A program made the translations under genes and the position numbers. Of a stretch of DNA of 64,000 nucleotides, positions 45,308 through 54,241 are shown piece by piece. The notes under the pieces are model-generated. The model did no database searches, was not told where the DNA came from, and worked only from the letters and a program-made list of their open reading frames with translations. This DNA is from a virus, in the IMG/VR virus record IMGVR_UViG_3300005253_000361, positions 32,001 to 96,000 of that record; one strand, written 5' to 3'. Position 1 is the first letter of the stretch. The number at the start of each line of letters is the position of its first letter.

Positions 45308-45786
45308 CGGTTCTCCGTCTCCCAGAACTCCGGCCCCGTGAACTCGTCCCACTGGTGGCGAAGCTCATCGGGATTCTCCCGGTCGTACGGGTGCGACGGC
45401 AGGTTGAGGATCGTGGCCCCGTCGCGTGACAACGGTGTGAAACCGTGGGCGACTCCGGGCGGGATCCAGAGCCGTGCGTCCGAACCCTTTTCGCCCAAGA
45501 TGGCGTAGGCCCAACTCATATACGAGTTCTCGGCGAGACCGCGCCGCAGATCGACAAGTCCGACCTTCATCGTGCCCTGCACGCAAAAGAAGCAGTCGGT
45601 CTGGATTGCGTGCTCGTGCCAGGCCTTCACAGCACCAAAATGACAATGGGTGATGTAGGCTTGCCCGAACTGACGAAAGTCACGATCATCCGCCCGAAGG
45701 ATCTCGGTTAGAAACCCCCGGTCGTCAGCGTTCCTTTTCACGGGTTGCAGCTTCACTCCCGGCAGGCACTCTCCGACCAGACTCAT
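45304..45786 (-). CDS. rmlC: dTDP-4-dehydrorhamnose 3,5-epimerase-like cupin
   Basis: DDRGFLTE, VKAWHEH, VDLR, LWIPPGVAHGF. Confidence 0.88.
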   Translation of the reverse strand: MSLVGECLPGVKLQPVKRNADDRGFLTEILRADDRDFRQFGQAYITHCHFGAVKAWHEHAIQTDCFFCVQGTMKVGLVDLRRGLAENSYMSWAYAILGEKGSDARLWIPPGVAHGFTPLSRDGATILNLPSHPYDRENPDELRHQWDEFTGPEFWETENR

Positions 45787-46781
45787 GCCGCCACCTCGGG
45801 TAATTCTCCGGTCCACTTGCCGGCGTAGTAACCGATCGTGTGAGACACACCACGATCGAGGGGGATCCTCGGCGCCCACGCCAGTTCCATCCGAGCGCGC
45901 TCCGAAGAAATGCTGTAACGCGCGTCACCGCCCGGCCGGTCCTCGACGTAGGTGATCTTGGTCTCCTCCAACCCGAAGTGGTGCAGGACCGCCAACGCAA
46001 CTTCACTGACGGTCATGTACTCCTCGGATGCAATGTTGAAAATGGATCCGCTGGCACCTCGCTCGCCGGCAAGCAGGATCCCCATGGCCCCGTCGCTCAC
46101 GTGGGTGAACTCGCGGAGCTGAGATCCGTCACCGTGCACGGTGAGGTTCTGTCCCGACATCGCGAGATACACGAAGCGGGGGAACAGCTTCTCCGGGTAC
46201 TGCCGCGGCCCGTACTGGTTTGCCGGGCGTAGGATTACCGTGTCCAGACCATGGGTTCGGTGGTACGCCTGAACCAAGAAGTCCGCGCCCGCCTTTGCGG
46301 CGCTGTACGGGTTGGTCGGGGCCAGCGCGGTGTCCTCCGTAGCGACATCTATCGCGCGCGTCTGCATGTCGCCGTAGACCTCGTCGGTCGACACAAAGAC
46401 GAACCGTGAACCCCACTGGCGGGCCCACTCGAGCATGACCGCGGTCCCGTAGAAATCCACCTGGGCGAACGGGAGACCATTCTCGATGGAGCGGTCCACA
46501 TGGGTCTCGGCCGCGAGGTGAAAGATCACATCGGGTCGCTTCACGCTGAAGCCGATGGCCTCGTCGCACACATCCAGTTCCTTCAGGATGATCTGATCCC
46601 GCACGTCACTAAGGTTCTCCCTGTCGCCGGCGTAAGTGAACTTGTCGACCACCGTCAGTGACGCGGGGGAGCGGCGAGCAAGAAGGAGCTCAACCAATCG
46701 CGAGCCGATGAAGCCCCCGCCCCCGGTCACAAGAACGTGCTTCCCGTCCAGCGACGGAGGCGCCCTGTGCGTATAAGCCAT
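45783..46781 (-). CDS. rmlB: dTDP-glucose 4,6-dehydratase
   Basis: VTGGGGFIGS, DKFTYAG, HLAAETHVDRSI, STDEVYG, PYSAAKA, YGPRQYPEKL. Confidence 0.93.
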   Translation of the reverse strand: MAYTHRAPPSLDGKHVLVTGGGGFIGSRLVELLLARRSPASLTVVDKFTYAGDRENLSDVRDQIILKELDVCDEAIGFSVKRPDVIFHLAAETHVDRSIENGLPFAQVDFYGTAVMLEWARQWGSRFVFVSTDEVYGDMQTRAIDVATEDTALAPTNPYSAAKAGADFLVQAYHRTHGLDTVILRPANQYGPRQYPEKLFPRFVYLAMSGQNLTVHGDGSQLREFTHVSDGAMGILLAGERGASGSIFNIASEEYMTVSEVALAVLHHFGLEETKITYVEDRPGGDARYSISSERARMELAWAPRIPLDRGVSHTIGYYAGKWTGELPEVAA

Positions 46782-47506
46782 CACTCCACCCCCCTGTTCC
46801 TGATGTCGTTCTGGAGCCCGCGCACGCCGACGCTGTACTCCAGGCTCGGGACCCGGATCTTTTCGCCCTTCGACTCGAGTAGCCGCCGGGTGTTGGTTGG
46901 GCCCCAGAAATAGCTCGTGAGGGTGAGGTGCCACTCGTCGCGGCCCTCCAACCCCTCTGCCATGTAGATCCTGTGGAGTCGCATCAACTCCATCACCCCA
47001 ACCCCGATGTTCACATCCGGCCGCTGCATCAGCTCGACGCTCCAGGTCTCACCGAGCGCCACCAGGTGGGGTTCCGCGGTTTCATGAATCACCTGCATGA
47101 TCCCAACAGCTCCCCGACCGCTCACCGCGTCCGGGCGGAAGTTCGACTCTCGCTCCATCACGGCCAGCACGAGACTCGAGGTGAGCCCGTCGGCCCTGTA
47201 GAGAGTTGCGAGCTCAACCACCATGGAGGCGATCTCGGGGATCTGCTGGAGCGTCAAGTGGTCCGATGCCTTGGCCACCAGAACGTCAACCACCGCGAGG
47301 TACTGCTGATCCACCTTCACGGCCGCCTGAGTTGCTGCAGCCTGCTGGCGTACAGCTGCCAGCTCTTCCGTGAGCGTCGCGAGCTGATCGGACTGCCGAA
47401 TATTGACCACAGAACTGATAAACAACGACACAGCCACCACCCCGGCAATCGTCCAACGAACAACCCGACTCCCCATCAGCACGTCATCAACATCCTGAGT
47501 AGTCAT
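46781..47506 (-). CDS. membrane-anchored lytic transglycosylase (SLT domain)
   Basis: N-terminal TM; AVMERESNF, AVS.RGAVGIMQV, LTSY..GP. Confidence 0.85.
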   Translation of the reverse strand: MTTQDVDDVLMGSRVVRWTIAGVVAVSLFISSVVNIRQSDQLATLTEELAAVRQQAAATQAAVKVDQQYLAVVDVLVAKASDHLTLQQIPEIASMVVELATLYRADGLTSSLVLAVMERESNFRPDAVSGRGAVGIMQVIHETAEPHLVALGETWSVELMQRPDVNIGVGVMELMRLHRIYMAEGLEGRDEWHLTLTSYFWGPTNTRRLLESKGEKIRVPSLEYSVGVRGLQNDIRNRGVE

Positions 47507-47808
47507 GCTGCTTCCTCCTTCTTCGCTCGAGCGACCTGGAGCCGGATCAGGTTGCGGGCATACCCGACCCGGAGGTCGAGCATCTCGCAAATGTTTTCCA
47601 GCCCGAGGTCCTCGGGATTGAACAAAAAAGACTCGGCATCCGCGCGAACCTTCGCCTTCGGATGGTCCAAGTCATTGACCGCGCGCTTCAGTACAGCCAG
47701 ATAGAGCTTGAGCTCCCCCGGCTGAGTGCTGAGACCCAACCGACGGAACACCTGCGTGATGTCCTCGCTACGCCGGGACTGCGCGTAGCGCTTACCCGCT
47801 CGAATCAT
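47503..47808 (-). CDS. conserved-type phage hypothetical protein
   Basis: ELKLYLAVLKRAVNDL...AESFL...ICEMLDL pattern; start at ATG 47808. Confidence 0.6.
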   Translation of the reverse strand: MIRAGKRYAQSRRSEDITQVFRRLGLSTQPGELKLYLAVLKRAVNDLDHPKAKVRADAESFLFNPEDLGLENICEMLDLRVGYARNLIRLQVARAKKEEAA

Positions 47809-48805
47809 CCGCGCCCTCCGGGTCGAAGACACGAGCCCGTAGTTCCTCATACATCTCGTCCGTGAAGTGCTCCGCGAACTTGGTGTCGTAGAACGACTTC
47901 TCGGCGCCAGGGAACTTGACACGCCCCTTGCTGGCCCGCTCGACCATCCCGTACTGCAGGGCTAGCGGTAGAGCGCATTGCAGCTTGTCCGCACCACGGT
48001 CGAAGAAGAACGGCACCACGATCTTCTGGAACGGACGACTTCCGCCGACCTTCGACTTCGCAAGGGTGATCTGGACATTGAACCCGATGGGGGTCTTGTC
48101 CTTGCCGGTCCTGATGAAGCCGATACGGCGCATGTCCAGCCGGACAGCCGCGTGAAATTCGATGGCGTGGCCACCAATGGTTCCGAAGGCGCCACCGAAC
48201 TGTCCGATCGTGTCCTTCTTCTGCGACATGAGAACGAGCGCGACAGGCATCCTGGAGATCCGCCCCATCAGGCGGCGAAACTCCTGCGCCAAGATGCGAG
48301 CGTGCTCGCCAGGCGTTTTCACTCCTTCGTCGCGCTCACGTGCGGTCTGGAGAGCCGACACAGAATCGATGACAATCACGGAAGGCTTGTCGAAATCGAT
48401 CAACGCCTTCGTGACATCGTCGATCATCTCGAAACACTCCTCGATCGTCTCGGGGTTATAATCGACCAGATTTTCAACGTCGCCGCCGAAGGCCTCGAAC
48501 CAAGCCGCATCGTACGCACGCTCGGTGTCGAGCAGGATCGCCATACCGCCTTGCCGCTGAGCCTCGACGAGAAGATGGTTCCCCACCATGGACTTGGCAG
48601 TCGAGTAGCCGCCCACCAGTTCGGTGATGCGGCCCATCGGTATACCGGGTTTCCCGATCAGGTCATCCAGCGTCAGGATCTGACTAGACAGGAAGCCGGG
48701 GGCGAGTCGGTCCGACAGAAGACCGACTCGCTCTGTCCCGTACTTCTTGGTACCGGCCTGGATGAGACAATCGAGAAGCGCCCGTGCTGCTTGGCGCTTC
48801 GCCAT
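47792..48805 (-). CDS. RecA/UvsX-like recombinase
   Basis: LDDLIGKPGIPMGRITELVG, LDTERA, VIDSVSAL, GGHAIEFHAAVRL. Confidence 0.92.
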   Translation of the reverse strand: MAKRQAARALLDCLIQAGTKKYGTERVGLLSDRLAPGFLSSQILTLDDLIGKPGIPMGRITELVGGYSTAKSMVGNHLLVEAQRQGGMAILLDTERAYDAAWFEAFGGDVENLVDYNPETIEECFEMIDDVTKALIDFDKPSVIVIDSVSALQTARERDEGVKTPGEHARILAQEFRRLMGRISRMPVALVLMSQKKDTIGQFGGAFGTIGGHAIEFHAAVRLDMRRIGFIRTGKDKTPIGFNVQITLAKSKVGGSRPFQKIVVPFFFDRGADKLQCALPLALQYGMVERASKGRVKFPGAEKSFYDTKFAEHFTDEMYEELRARVFDPEGADDSSG

Positions 48806-48807
48806 GG

Positions 48808-49626
48808 TTAGCTCCGGGAACCGCGCAGCCGCTCGCGCAGCCGCTTGCGGGTATCCTCGACGGACTCCTTGGTCTCCGCCGAAGCTTCCTCGCGGGCCGG
48901 AGGCGCCTCGTCGGCGGCACCACGGATCTGACGAGTCTCCGGTGCCTCCACCAACTGGCGGTCATCCGGAACCTGCGCCTCGGCGTTGCCCTCCAGGATC
49001 GCGAGCTGCTCCTCGTACGTGGGGTACTCGATCAGCTCGGCGAGCGGGTGGAGGTTGTCCAGCGTGTCCCACGCGGCCTCCGGGATGGGCGTGTTTTTGC
49101 GCTCGGCCGAGACCTTGTACTCGATGTCACGAGCATTGGGTCCGGTCGAACGCTTCTCGATGATGAAAGCGAACCCGTCTTCCGGGTCCGTCGGATCGCT
49201 CTCACGCTCCGCGAGATCGATGATGTCGCGCGAGATCGACGGGCCGCACTCCAGCACCTTGCACCCGGCAGCCTCGTCGCCGACCACGTACGCGTTGAAG
49301 AGCGTGCGAGTCTTGGCCTTGAACTGGCTGTAGAGCTCCGGAGCCTTGTTACGGTAGTCGGCCGAGCACTCACAGAACATGCAGGTCTCGGGCACGTCGG
49401 TCGCCGCGATGCACGGCCAGGTCTTCCGAACGTTGTCGATCGGCAGCCCGAAGTGCATCCCGTAACGGTAGTACCACCGGCCCGACTCGTCGTAGGCCGG
49501 CAGGATCCGTACGGTGGTGAAGCCGATCTCCAACTTGATCCGCGGATACGGCGCCCGCTTCATGCGGTCATCGAGAAACTCGCGCTCCTTGGCGAGCCCG
49601 TCCATGTCAGACTTGAAATAAGCCAT
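48808..49626 (-). CDS. single-stranded DNA-binding protein (gp32-like)
   Basis: VRILP, H...C...C.FC zinc motif, DPTDPEDG, acidic C-terminus. Confidence 0.75.
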   Translation of the reverse strand: MAYFKSDMDGLAKEREFLDDRMKRAPYPRIKLEIGFTTVRILPAYDESGRWYYRYGMHFGLPIDNVRKTWPCIAATDVPETCMFCECSADYRNKAPELYSQFKAKTRTLFNAYVVGDEAAGCKVLECGPSISRDIIDLAERESDPTDPEDGFAFIIEKRSTGPNARDIEYKVSAERKNTPIPEAAWDTLDNLHPLAELIEYPTYEEQLAILEGNAEAQVPDDRQLVEAPETRQIRGAADEAPPAREEASAETKESVEDTRKRLRERLRGSRS

Positions 49627-49646
49627 ACTGGGTTCCTTCCCCTCAG

Positions 49647-50111
49647 TCAGTGTTGTTTGGGTTGTACGTTACTCAACCGACGCTTCTGCATCGTGGCTTC
49701 GAGCTCGGCGATCAACAGCTTGATCCGGGAACACATCATGATTCCCTTCTGGTCGAGAGCACGAACCACAGCTCGATACTGGCGCTGGCGATACTCGTCC
49801 TGCATTAGGGCTTCCTGGGCACTACGGACCTCGGGATCCTGGGCCACTTCGGCCTTCACGTCCGCTTCGGTCACACGGCCCCTCTGTTCGTCCAGCTCCT
49901 CCCTTCGCAACTTGGCCTTCACCCGCACCCATGCGACAGCTTCGGCCTGTTCCAAGGCATACTTCGATTCCTGCAGCAACGTCTCGGCATCCGCGAGTCG
50001 TACGGACCAGAACGCCAAAAGCGCCGGCTGCTTCTGCAGCTCCTCCCCGATGTTCTCGGAGTCGATGTCGAACAACTCAACCTCGAACTTCCCCCAGTCG
50101 ACGATATTCAT
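49647..50111 (-). CDS. UvsY-like recombination mediator
   Basis: ID..NI.EELQKQP; helical; next to SSB and RecA. Confidence 0.6.
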   Translation of the reverse strand: MNIVDWGKFEVELFDIDSENIGEELQKQPALLAFWSVRLADAETLLQESKYALEQAEAVAWVRVKAKLRREELDEQRGRVTEADVKAEVAQDPEVRSAQEALMQDEYRQRQYRAVVRALDQKGIMMCSRIKLLIAELEATMQKRRLSNVQPKQH

Positions 50112-50143
50112 TGTCTCCTCGACCGGACGGCGGGCCGGGGCCA

Positions 50144-52519
50144 CTAATCCTTCTCGCTCTGCCATCGCTGATGCACCTCGATATCGGTTGGGAGCACACA
50201 GTTCAGTACCGGCAACGGCCGCTCCATCTCCTCCTTGACGATTTGGGAAACCTCTTCAATCTCTTCATCCGGACACAGGAGCAACACTTCATCGTGCACA
50301 GTCAGCACGATGTGGGCTCGGTACCCGCCGGCTAACAACCGGCGAGCGATCCGCACGAGTGCCTTCCAGAGCGCGTCCGCGACGCCGCCCTGCACAGGAG
50401 AATTCTTGGCCTCGCGCTCAATGTGGGACCGGGCCGAGTTGGTGAACGCCGGCGGTAGGTGGCGGATGCGGCCGAACACGTTCTTGACCTGCCCGGTCTC
50501 GATCGCAGTATCGACCTGCAACTGCAGCCACGCCATCAGGTCCGGATAGCCGTTGCAGTAGTCCCGCAACAGCCCCTCCGCGGCACTCTCCTCGCACCCA
50601 ATCTTCTTGGCGAGCGTGCTGACACCCATCCCGTAGAAGATGCCAAAGTTAAGCACTTTGGCTCTATCGCGCTGTTCGTCCGTGGCCTCCTCGACCGGAA
50701 TCCGGTACATCTGGGCGGCCGTCTTGATGTGGATATCAATGTCGTTCTCGAACGCATCAATCATCGCCTGCTCGCCGGCAGCGTAGGCGGCATACCGAAC
50801 CTCCGCCTGGGAGAAGTCAGCCGACAGGAGCTTCCACCCCTCCGGCGCCTCGAACACCTCCCGAATCCCGCCCCGCTTCGGGAGGTTCATCAGGTTCGGT
50901 CGGGCCGATGCGGCTCGCCCGGTCCGAGTGCCGGTCAGATAGAGATCACTGTGGACCTTGCCATCCGAGGCGATGTTGCGCTGAATTCCCTTGGGGCCGT
51001 CCCCGAGGTACATCTTCCGCACCGTCTCGCCGGTCCGGTAGTCCTGCATCAACGCGACCACGGGATGTTTCCCCTCCAGCGCCGAAAGCGTCTCATCGTC
51101 CGTGGACCAAGCCTCTCCGGAATCGGTCCGCTTGAGCGGCGTGAGCCCAATGTCCTCGAACAGCACCCTTGCGAGCTGCTGGGGCGAGCGCGGATTGAAC
51201 TCCTGTCCGACCGCCTCTTGGATCTGAGCGTTCAGCCTCTGCAGATGGAGGTTCATCTCCACGTCCTGGCGCTGAATCGCCTCCCGGACGATCGGCATGC
51301 CAGCGTTCTCCATCTGGATGAACACATCCGCAGTCGGCATCACGTGATCAGTGAAGAAGTTCCAAAGCCCTTGCCGTTCCAGATCCGGCACGTAATGCCG
51401 GTACAGACGAAGCGTCCCGTCGGCATCCTCGCCAGCGTAGGGCTGCAGCAGAGCATCGGGCAGATCCCCGTACGAGCAATCCCTACCGCCCGTCAGCTTC
51501 TTCTTCTCCACCTCAAACTTAGTCTTCCAAGGTGGCATCGTGGTGTGGAGCGAGGCCAGATACCCGAGACCCAACCGGAGGTTTTCGTCGACGGTGTGCT
51601 GCATGAGTCCCGTGCAGGCGAGCCGGTTGACCGGGCCGGGGATGTCCCAGCGACGCATCAGGTACTTCCAGTCGTGGGCACCGAAGTGGTCAACCCACCG
51701 CACGCCCGACTCCAAAAACAGCTCCCGAAGCGCCGCGTCGACCCGCTTGTTCTCCTCCAGGACCGGCACCATCCCGCAGCTGTGCATCGGGATCACGTAG
51801 CCCCATCCGGGCTCGTCTGAGAAGGAAAAGCAGATGATCTTGCCATCAACGAAGTCGCCCGTGGTCTCGAGGTCGTACGCCACCACGTCTTGCTGGCTGA
51901 GATGGGCGATGATCTCCAGAGCCTCGTACTCGCTCCGGGCGATGATGAGCTCCGTGCCCTTCTCCGTCAGGGTCCCGTCGAGAAAACTCTGCGCCTTCGA
52001 CAGGTCCGCCACGAAGGCGGGCCACTCGCCGCCGCTGTGGAAGAAAGTGCCGGGCGAGAGAGTCGCGAGAACAGGACGGTTCCCGAACTCCGGTCGAGAC
52101 TCCATGATGCAACCACGCGCCCTGTCGGACGACGGATGTGTCGTCAGCATCTTCCAGGCGACGGCACCGAGCGCCACGATGAGCTCGGGATCCACGACCT
52201 CGATCTCTTCCTCAAGCAGCTTCTGACACACATCCTTGTGCACCTTCAGCGGCTTCTTCTTGCCCGACGGCTTGTGCTTCACGGCCAACGTGACGTAGGC
52301 GTTCTCGATGTCGAACCCGGACTGCTCGGACGCCATCCCGAGAATCTGACCGGTGGTGCCAGAGAAGCAGGTCAGGTTCAACTGGTCCCGGTCGTCCGGC
52401 TTATCCCCCACCACAACCACGCGCGCACCAACTGGGCCGACACCTTGGACGAAGGGCCGAATCTCCCCGTCATCCCCCCGGCATAAAGAGCAGGCACTAC
52501 AAAAAAGGTCATCACTCAT
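50144..52519 (-). CDS. DNA polymerase family A with N-terminal uracil-DNA-glycosylase-like domain and 3'-5' exonuclease
   Basis: YDLETTG (ExoI), YAGEDAD (ExoIII), TGR...PNLMNLP, ADFSQAEVR (motif A), RAKVLNFGIFYG (B), VHDE (C). Confidence 0.93.
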   Translation of the reverse strand: MSDDLFCSACSLCRGDDGEIRPFVQGVGPVGARVVVVGDKPDDRDQLNLTCFSGTTGQILGMASEQSGFDIENAYVTLAVKHKPSGKKKPLKVHKDVCQKLLEEEIEVVDPELIVALGAVAWKMLTTHPSSDRARGCIMESRPEFGNRPVLATLSPGTFFHSGGEWPAFVADLSKAQSFLDGTLTEKGTELIIARSEYEALEIIAHLSQQDVVAYDLETTGDFVDGKIICFSFSDEPGWGYVIPMHSCGMVPVLEENKRVDAALRELFLESGVRWVDHFGAHDWKYLMRRWDIPGPVNRLACTGLMQHTVDENLRLGLGYLASLHTTMPPWKTKFEVEKKKLTGGRDCSYGDLPDALLQPYAGEDADGTLRLYRHYVPDLERQGLWNFFTDHVMPTADVFIQMENAGMPIVREAIQRQDVEMNLHLQRLNAQIQEAVGQEFNPRSPQQLARVLFEDIGLTPLKRTDSGEAWSTDDETLSALEGKHPVVALMQDYRTGETVRKMYLGDGPKGIQRNIASDGKVHSDLYLTGTRTGRAASARPNLMNLPKRGGIREVFEAPEGWKLLSADFSQAEVRYAAYAAGEQAMIDAFENDIDIHIKTAAQMYRIPVEEATDEQRDRAKVLNFGIFYGMGVSTLAKKIGCEESAAEGLLRDYCNGYPDLMAWLQLQVDTAIETGQVKNVFGRIRHLPPAFTNSARSHIEREAKNSPVQGGVADALWKALVRIARRLLAGGYRAHIVLTVHDEVLLLCPDEEIEEVSQIVKEEMERPLPVLNCVLPTDIEVHQRWQSEKD

Positions 52520-52793
52520 CTGTGTCCTCGTCATGCGCGACACACGTGACCTGGGTCCGGTCAACACAGCCCCGGATGGCCGCAGGTGACTTGAAGTCCT
52601 TCGGAAGCCCGTCGTTGTCGAGGATCATGTTCTTGGCGCATCGGATGTGGATAATCCGGTCACGTTTGAGGACGGTGCAGATGCGAGTAGAGAGAATCCG
52701 CTCTTGTGAATCGAGCTCCAGGTCCCGAAGGTCGAACATGATCTTGAGGTTGAAGCAGGTCAGACAATCGGCACACATCTCCCGGAGGAACAT
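52512..52793 (-). CDS. Cys-rich hypothetical protein
   Basis: CADCLTC; coupled to neighbours. Confidence 0.55.
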   Translation of the reverse strand: MFLREMCADCLTCFNLKIMFDLRDLELDSQERILSTRICTVLKRDRIIHIRCAKNMILDNDGLPKDFKSPAAIRGCVDRTQVTCVAHDEDTDE

Positions 52794-53209
52794 CAGAGCG
52801 TCACCTCGGTCGTGTCGAACCAGACGTCTCGTGACAGACTGAACAAAACGACCTGTGTACCAGCGGGAATCGCGACCGCGGACTCGCCGGAATTGACTAG
52901 CCAGAACGGACCCTGGCGCTGCTCCCGAATGATGCCGGGGGCAACCCGCACAGTTGGAATGCGGTACCCGGGAGACGTCAGGAGGAGATGGTCCTCCGGC
53001 GGAAGAAACGTGTAGGGCGCCTCAACCTGCGCCGTCATGCCAGGACCCAGCAAGATGTCCTGGGTGGTCACTAACGCTCGGCCCGAGTCGTCAAGCATCA
53101 ACTCATAGGTACGCCCGTCCTCAACCGCAAAGAACTTCACTTCCTGCGGTTTCTTCAAAACCCGCAGGACTTGCCGCGCGCAAAAGCGCTGCCAAATGTT
53201 TCGGATCAT
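52793..53209 (-). CDS. degenerate dUTPase-like beta-fold protein
   Basis: ILLGPG...V, VAPGII...QG, LVNSG..AVAIPAGTQVV pattern without the catalytic motifs. Confidence 0.45.
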   Translation of the reverse strand: MIRNIWQRFCARQVLRVLKKPQEVKFFAVEDGRTYELMLDDSGRALVTTQDILLGPGMTAQVEAPYTFLPPEDHLLLTSPGYRIPTVRVAPGIIREQRQGPFWLVNSGESAVAIPAGTQVVLFSLSRDVWFDTTEVTL

Positions 53210-53999
53210 TAGAATCCGGGTCTCCTTCCTCGAGCTGCACGACGGCAACCCGAAACACCGCGTTACTCACGAGAGTCCTCGCGAGTAACTTGGCGTCCTC
53301 AGTCGCATCCGCGTCCAACATGACGAAGATGTAGTCGAAGTACTCCAGTAGTGCTCGCTGCTGTGCGGAAGTCGTCTTCCCCAACATCGCGACACCCCAG
53401 TCCGGGATGCGCAACGCATCGAAGATCCCCTCGACCAACACGCACCAGCGCTGCTGTGCGAACACTTGATGAAAGTTCCAAAGGAACTGGCTCTTCTTGG
53501 TGCCGGAAGCCGTGATCCACTTCGGGACCCCTGCCGGCAAGTGCGGCAGTACCCACCTCCCCTGAAACCCGCGGTACTCTCCAGCCCGCGAGTAGAACGG
53601 AAAGATCAGGCGGTATCGGTATCGACCGGTAGGGCAGTACCCCACACGATTCTGAATCAGCGCGTCGACATCGAGCCGACGCCTCACAATAAACTCCCAC
53701 CCGAGGGAGTCACTTGGCAATTCCTCCGCCGGGACCATCACGGGTACCGGGGTCGGGCCAGGAGCCTTCTTCACCGTCGGCACCAGCCCGATACCGGACA
53801 GACGTGCCGCGCCAAGAAGCTGCTCCAGGCGAGGGCTGTAGTGACAGTGGTAGCAGTACCCCACGCCCTTGCTCGGGTCGACCCAGAACTTATAGCGACC
53901 ATCGCCACACTCCGGACACACCCGCACCGCGACCTCTTTGCCCTGTACTCGGTATTCACCGAGCACCGCGATGTCTTCAATGGTGTACTTGCCGAACAT
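53121..53999 (-). CDS. DNA primase (zinc finger plus TOPRIM)
   Basis: CPEC...CYHC; RLIFP; FQGR; LVEGIFDA; MLDADA; GDPD. Confidence 0.9.
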   Translation of the reverse strand: MFGKYTIEDIAVLGEYRVQGKEVAVRVCPECGDGRYKFWVDPSKGVGYCYHCHYSPRLEQLLGAARLSGIGLVPTVKKAPGPTPVPVMVPAEELPSDSLGWEFIVRRRLDVDALIQNRVGYCPTGRYRYRLIFPFYSRAGEYRGFQGRWVLPHLPAGVPKWITASGTKKSQFLWNFHQVFAQQRWCVLVEGIFDALRIPDWGVAMLGKTTSAQQRALLEYFDYIFVMLDADATEDAKLLARTLVSNAVFRVAVVQLEEGDPDSNDPKHLAALLRAASPAGFEETAGSEVLCG

Positions 54000-54001
54000 G
54001 G

Positions 54002-54241
54002 TCAGGCGTCAATCAACCGGTCCAACATCCCCATCCACTCCGGGTCGCCGTGCTCCGGGTGCCGGACCCACTCGAGCGCCTGAATAAAACCTGCGGCCCG
54101 TTCGGCCCCACGCCGCAGTGCCTCCTCAGCCGGGGGCGACATGTTCACGCTGTACTTCAGCTTGGTCATGAGCCGGTTATGCCGCTGCACCATTAGGTGA
54201 TGCAAACGAGCGACCTGCTCCTGGTTGCGTAGCATTGGCAA
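54002..54241 (-). CDS. hypothetical protein
   Basis: fills the gap between helicase and primase; GGAAGGAG RBS. Confidence 0.55.
   Translation of the reverse strand: MPMLRNQEQVARLHHLMVQRHNRLMTKLKYSVNMSPPAEEALRRGAERAAGFIQALEWVRHPEHGDPEWMGMLDRLIDA

Noticed and set aside
48590-48615. Non-canonical RecA Walker A (GGYSTAKS)
   Set aside because: Phage UvsX-type recombinases tolerate substitutions at this Gly; not evidence of novelty
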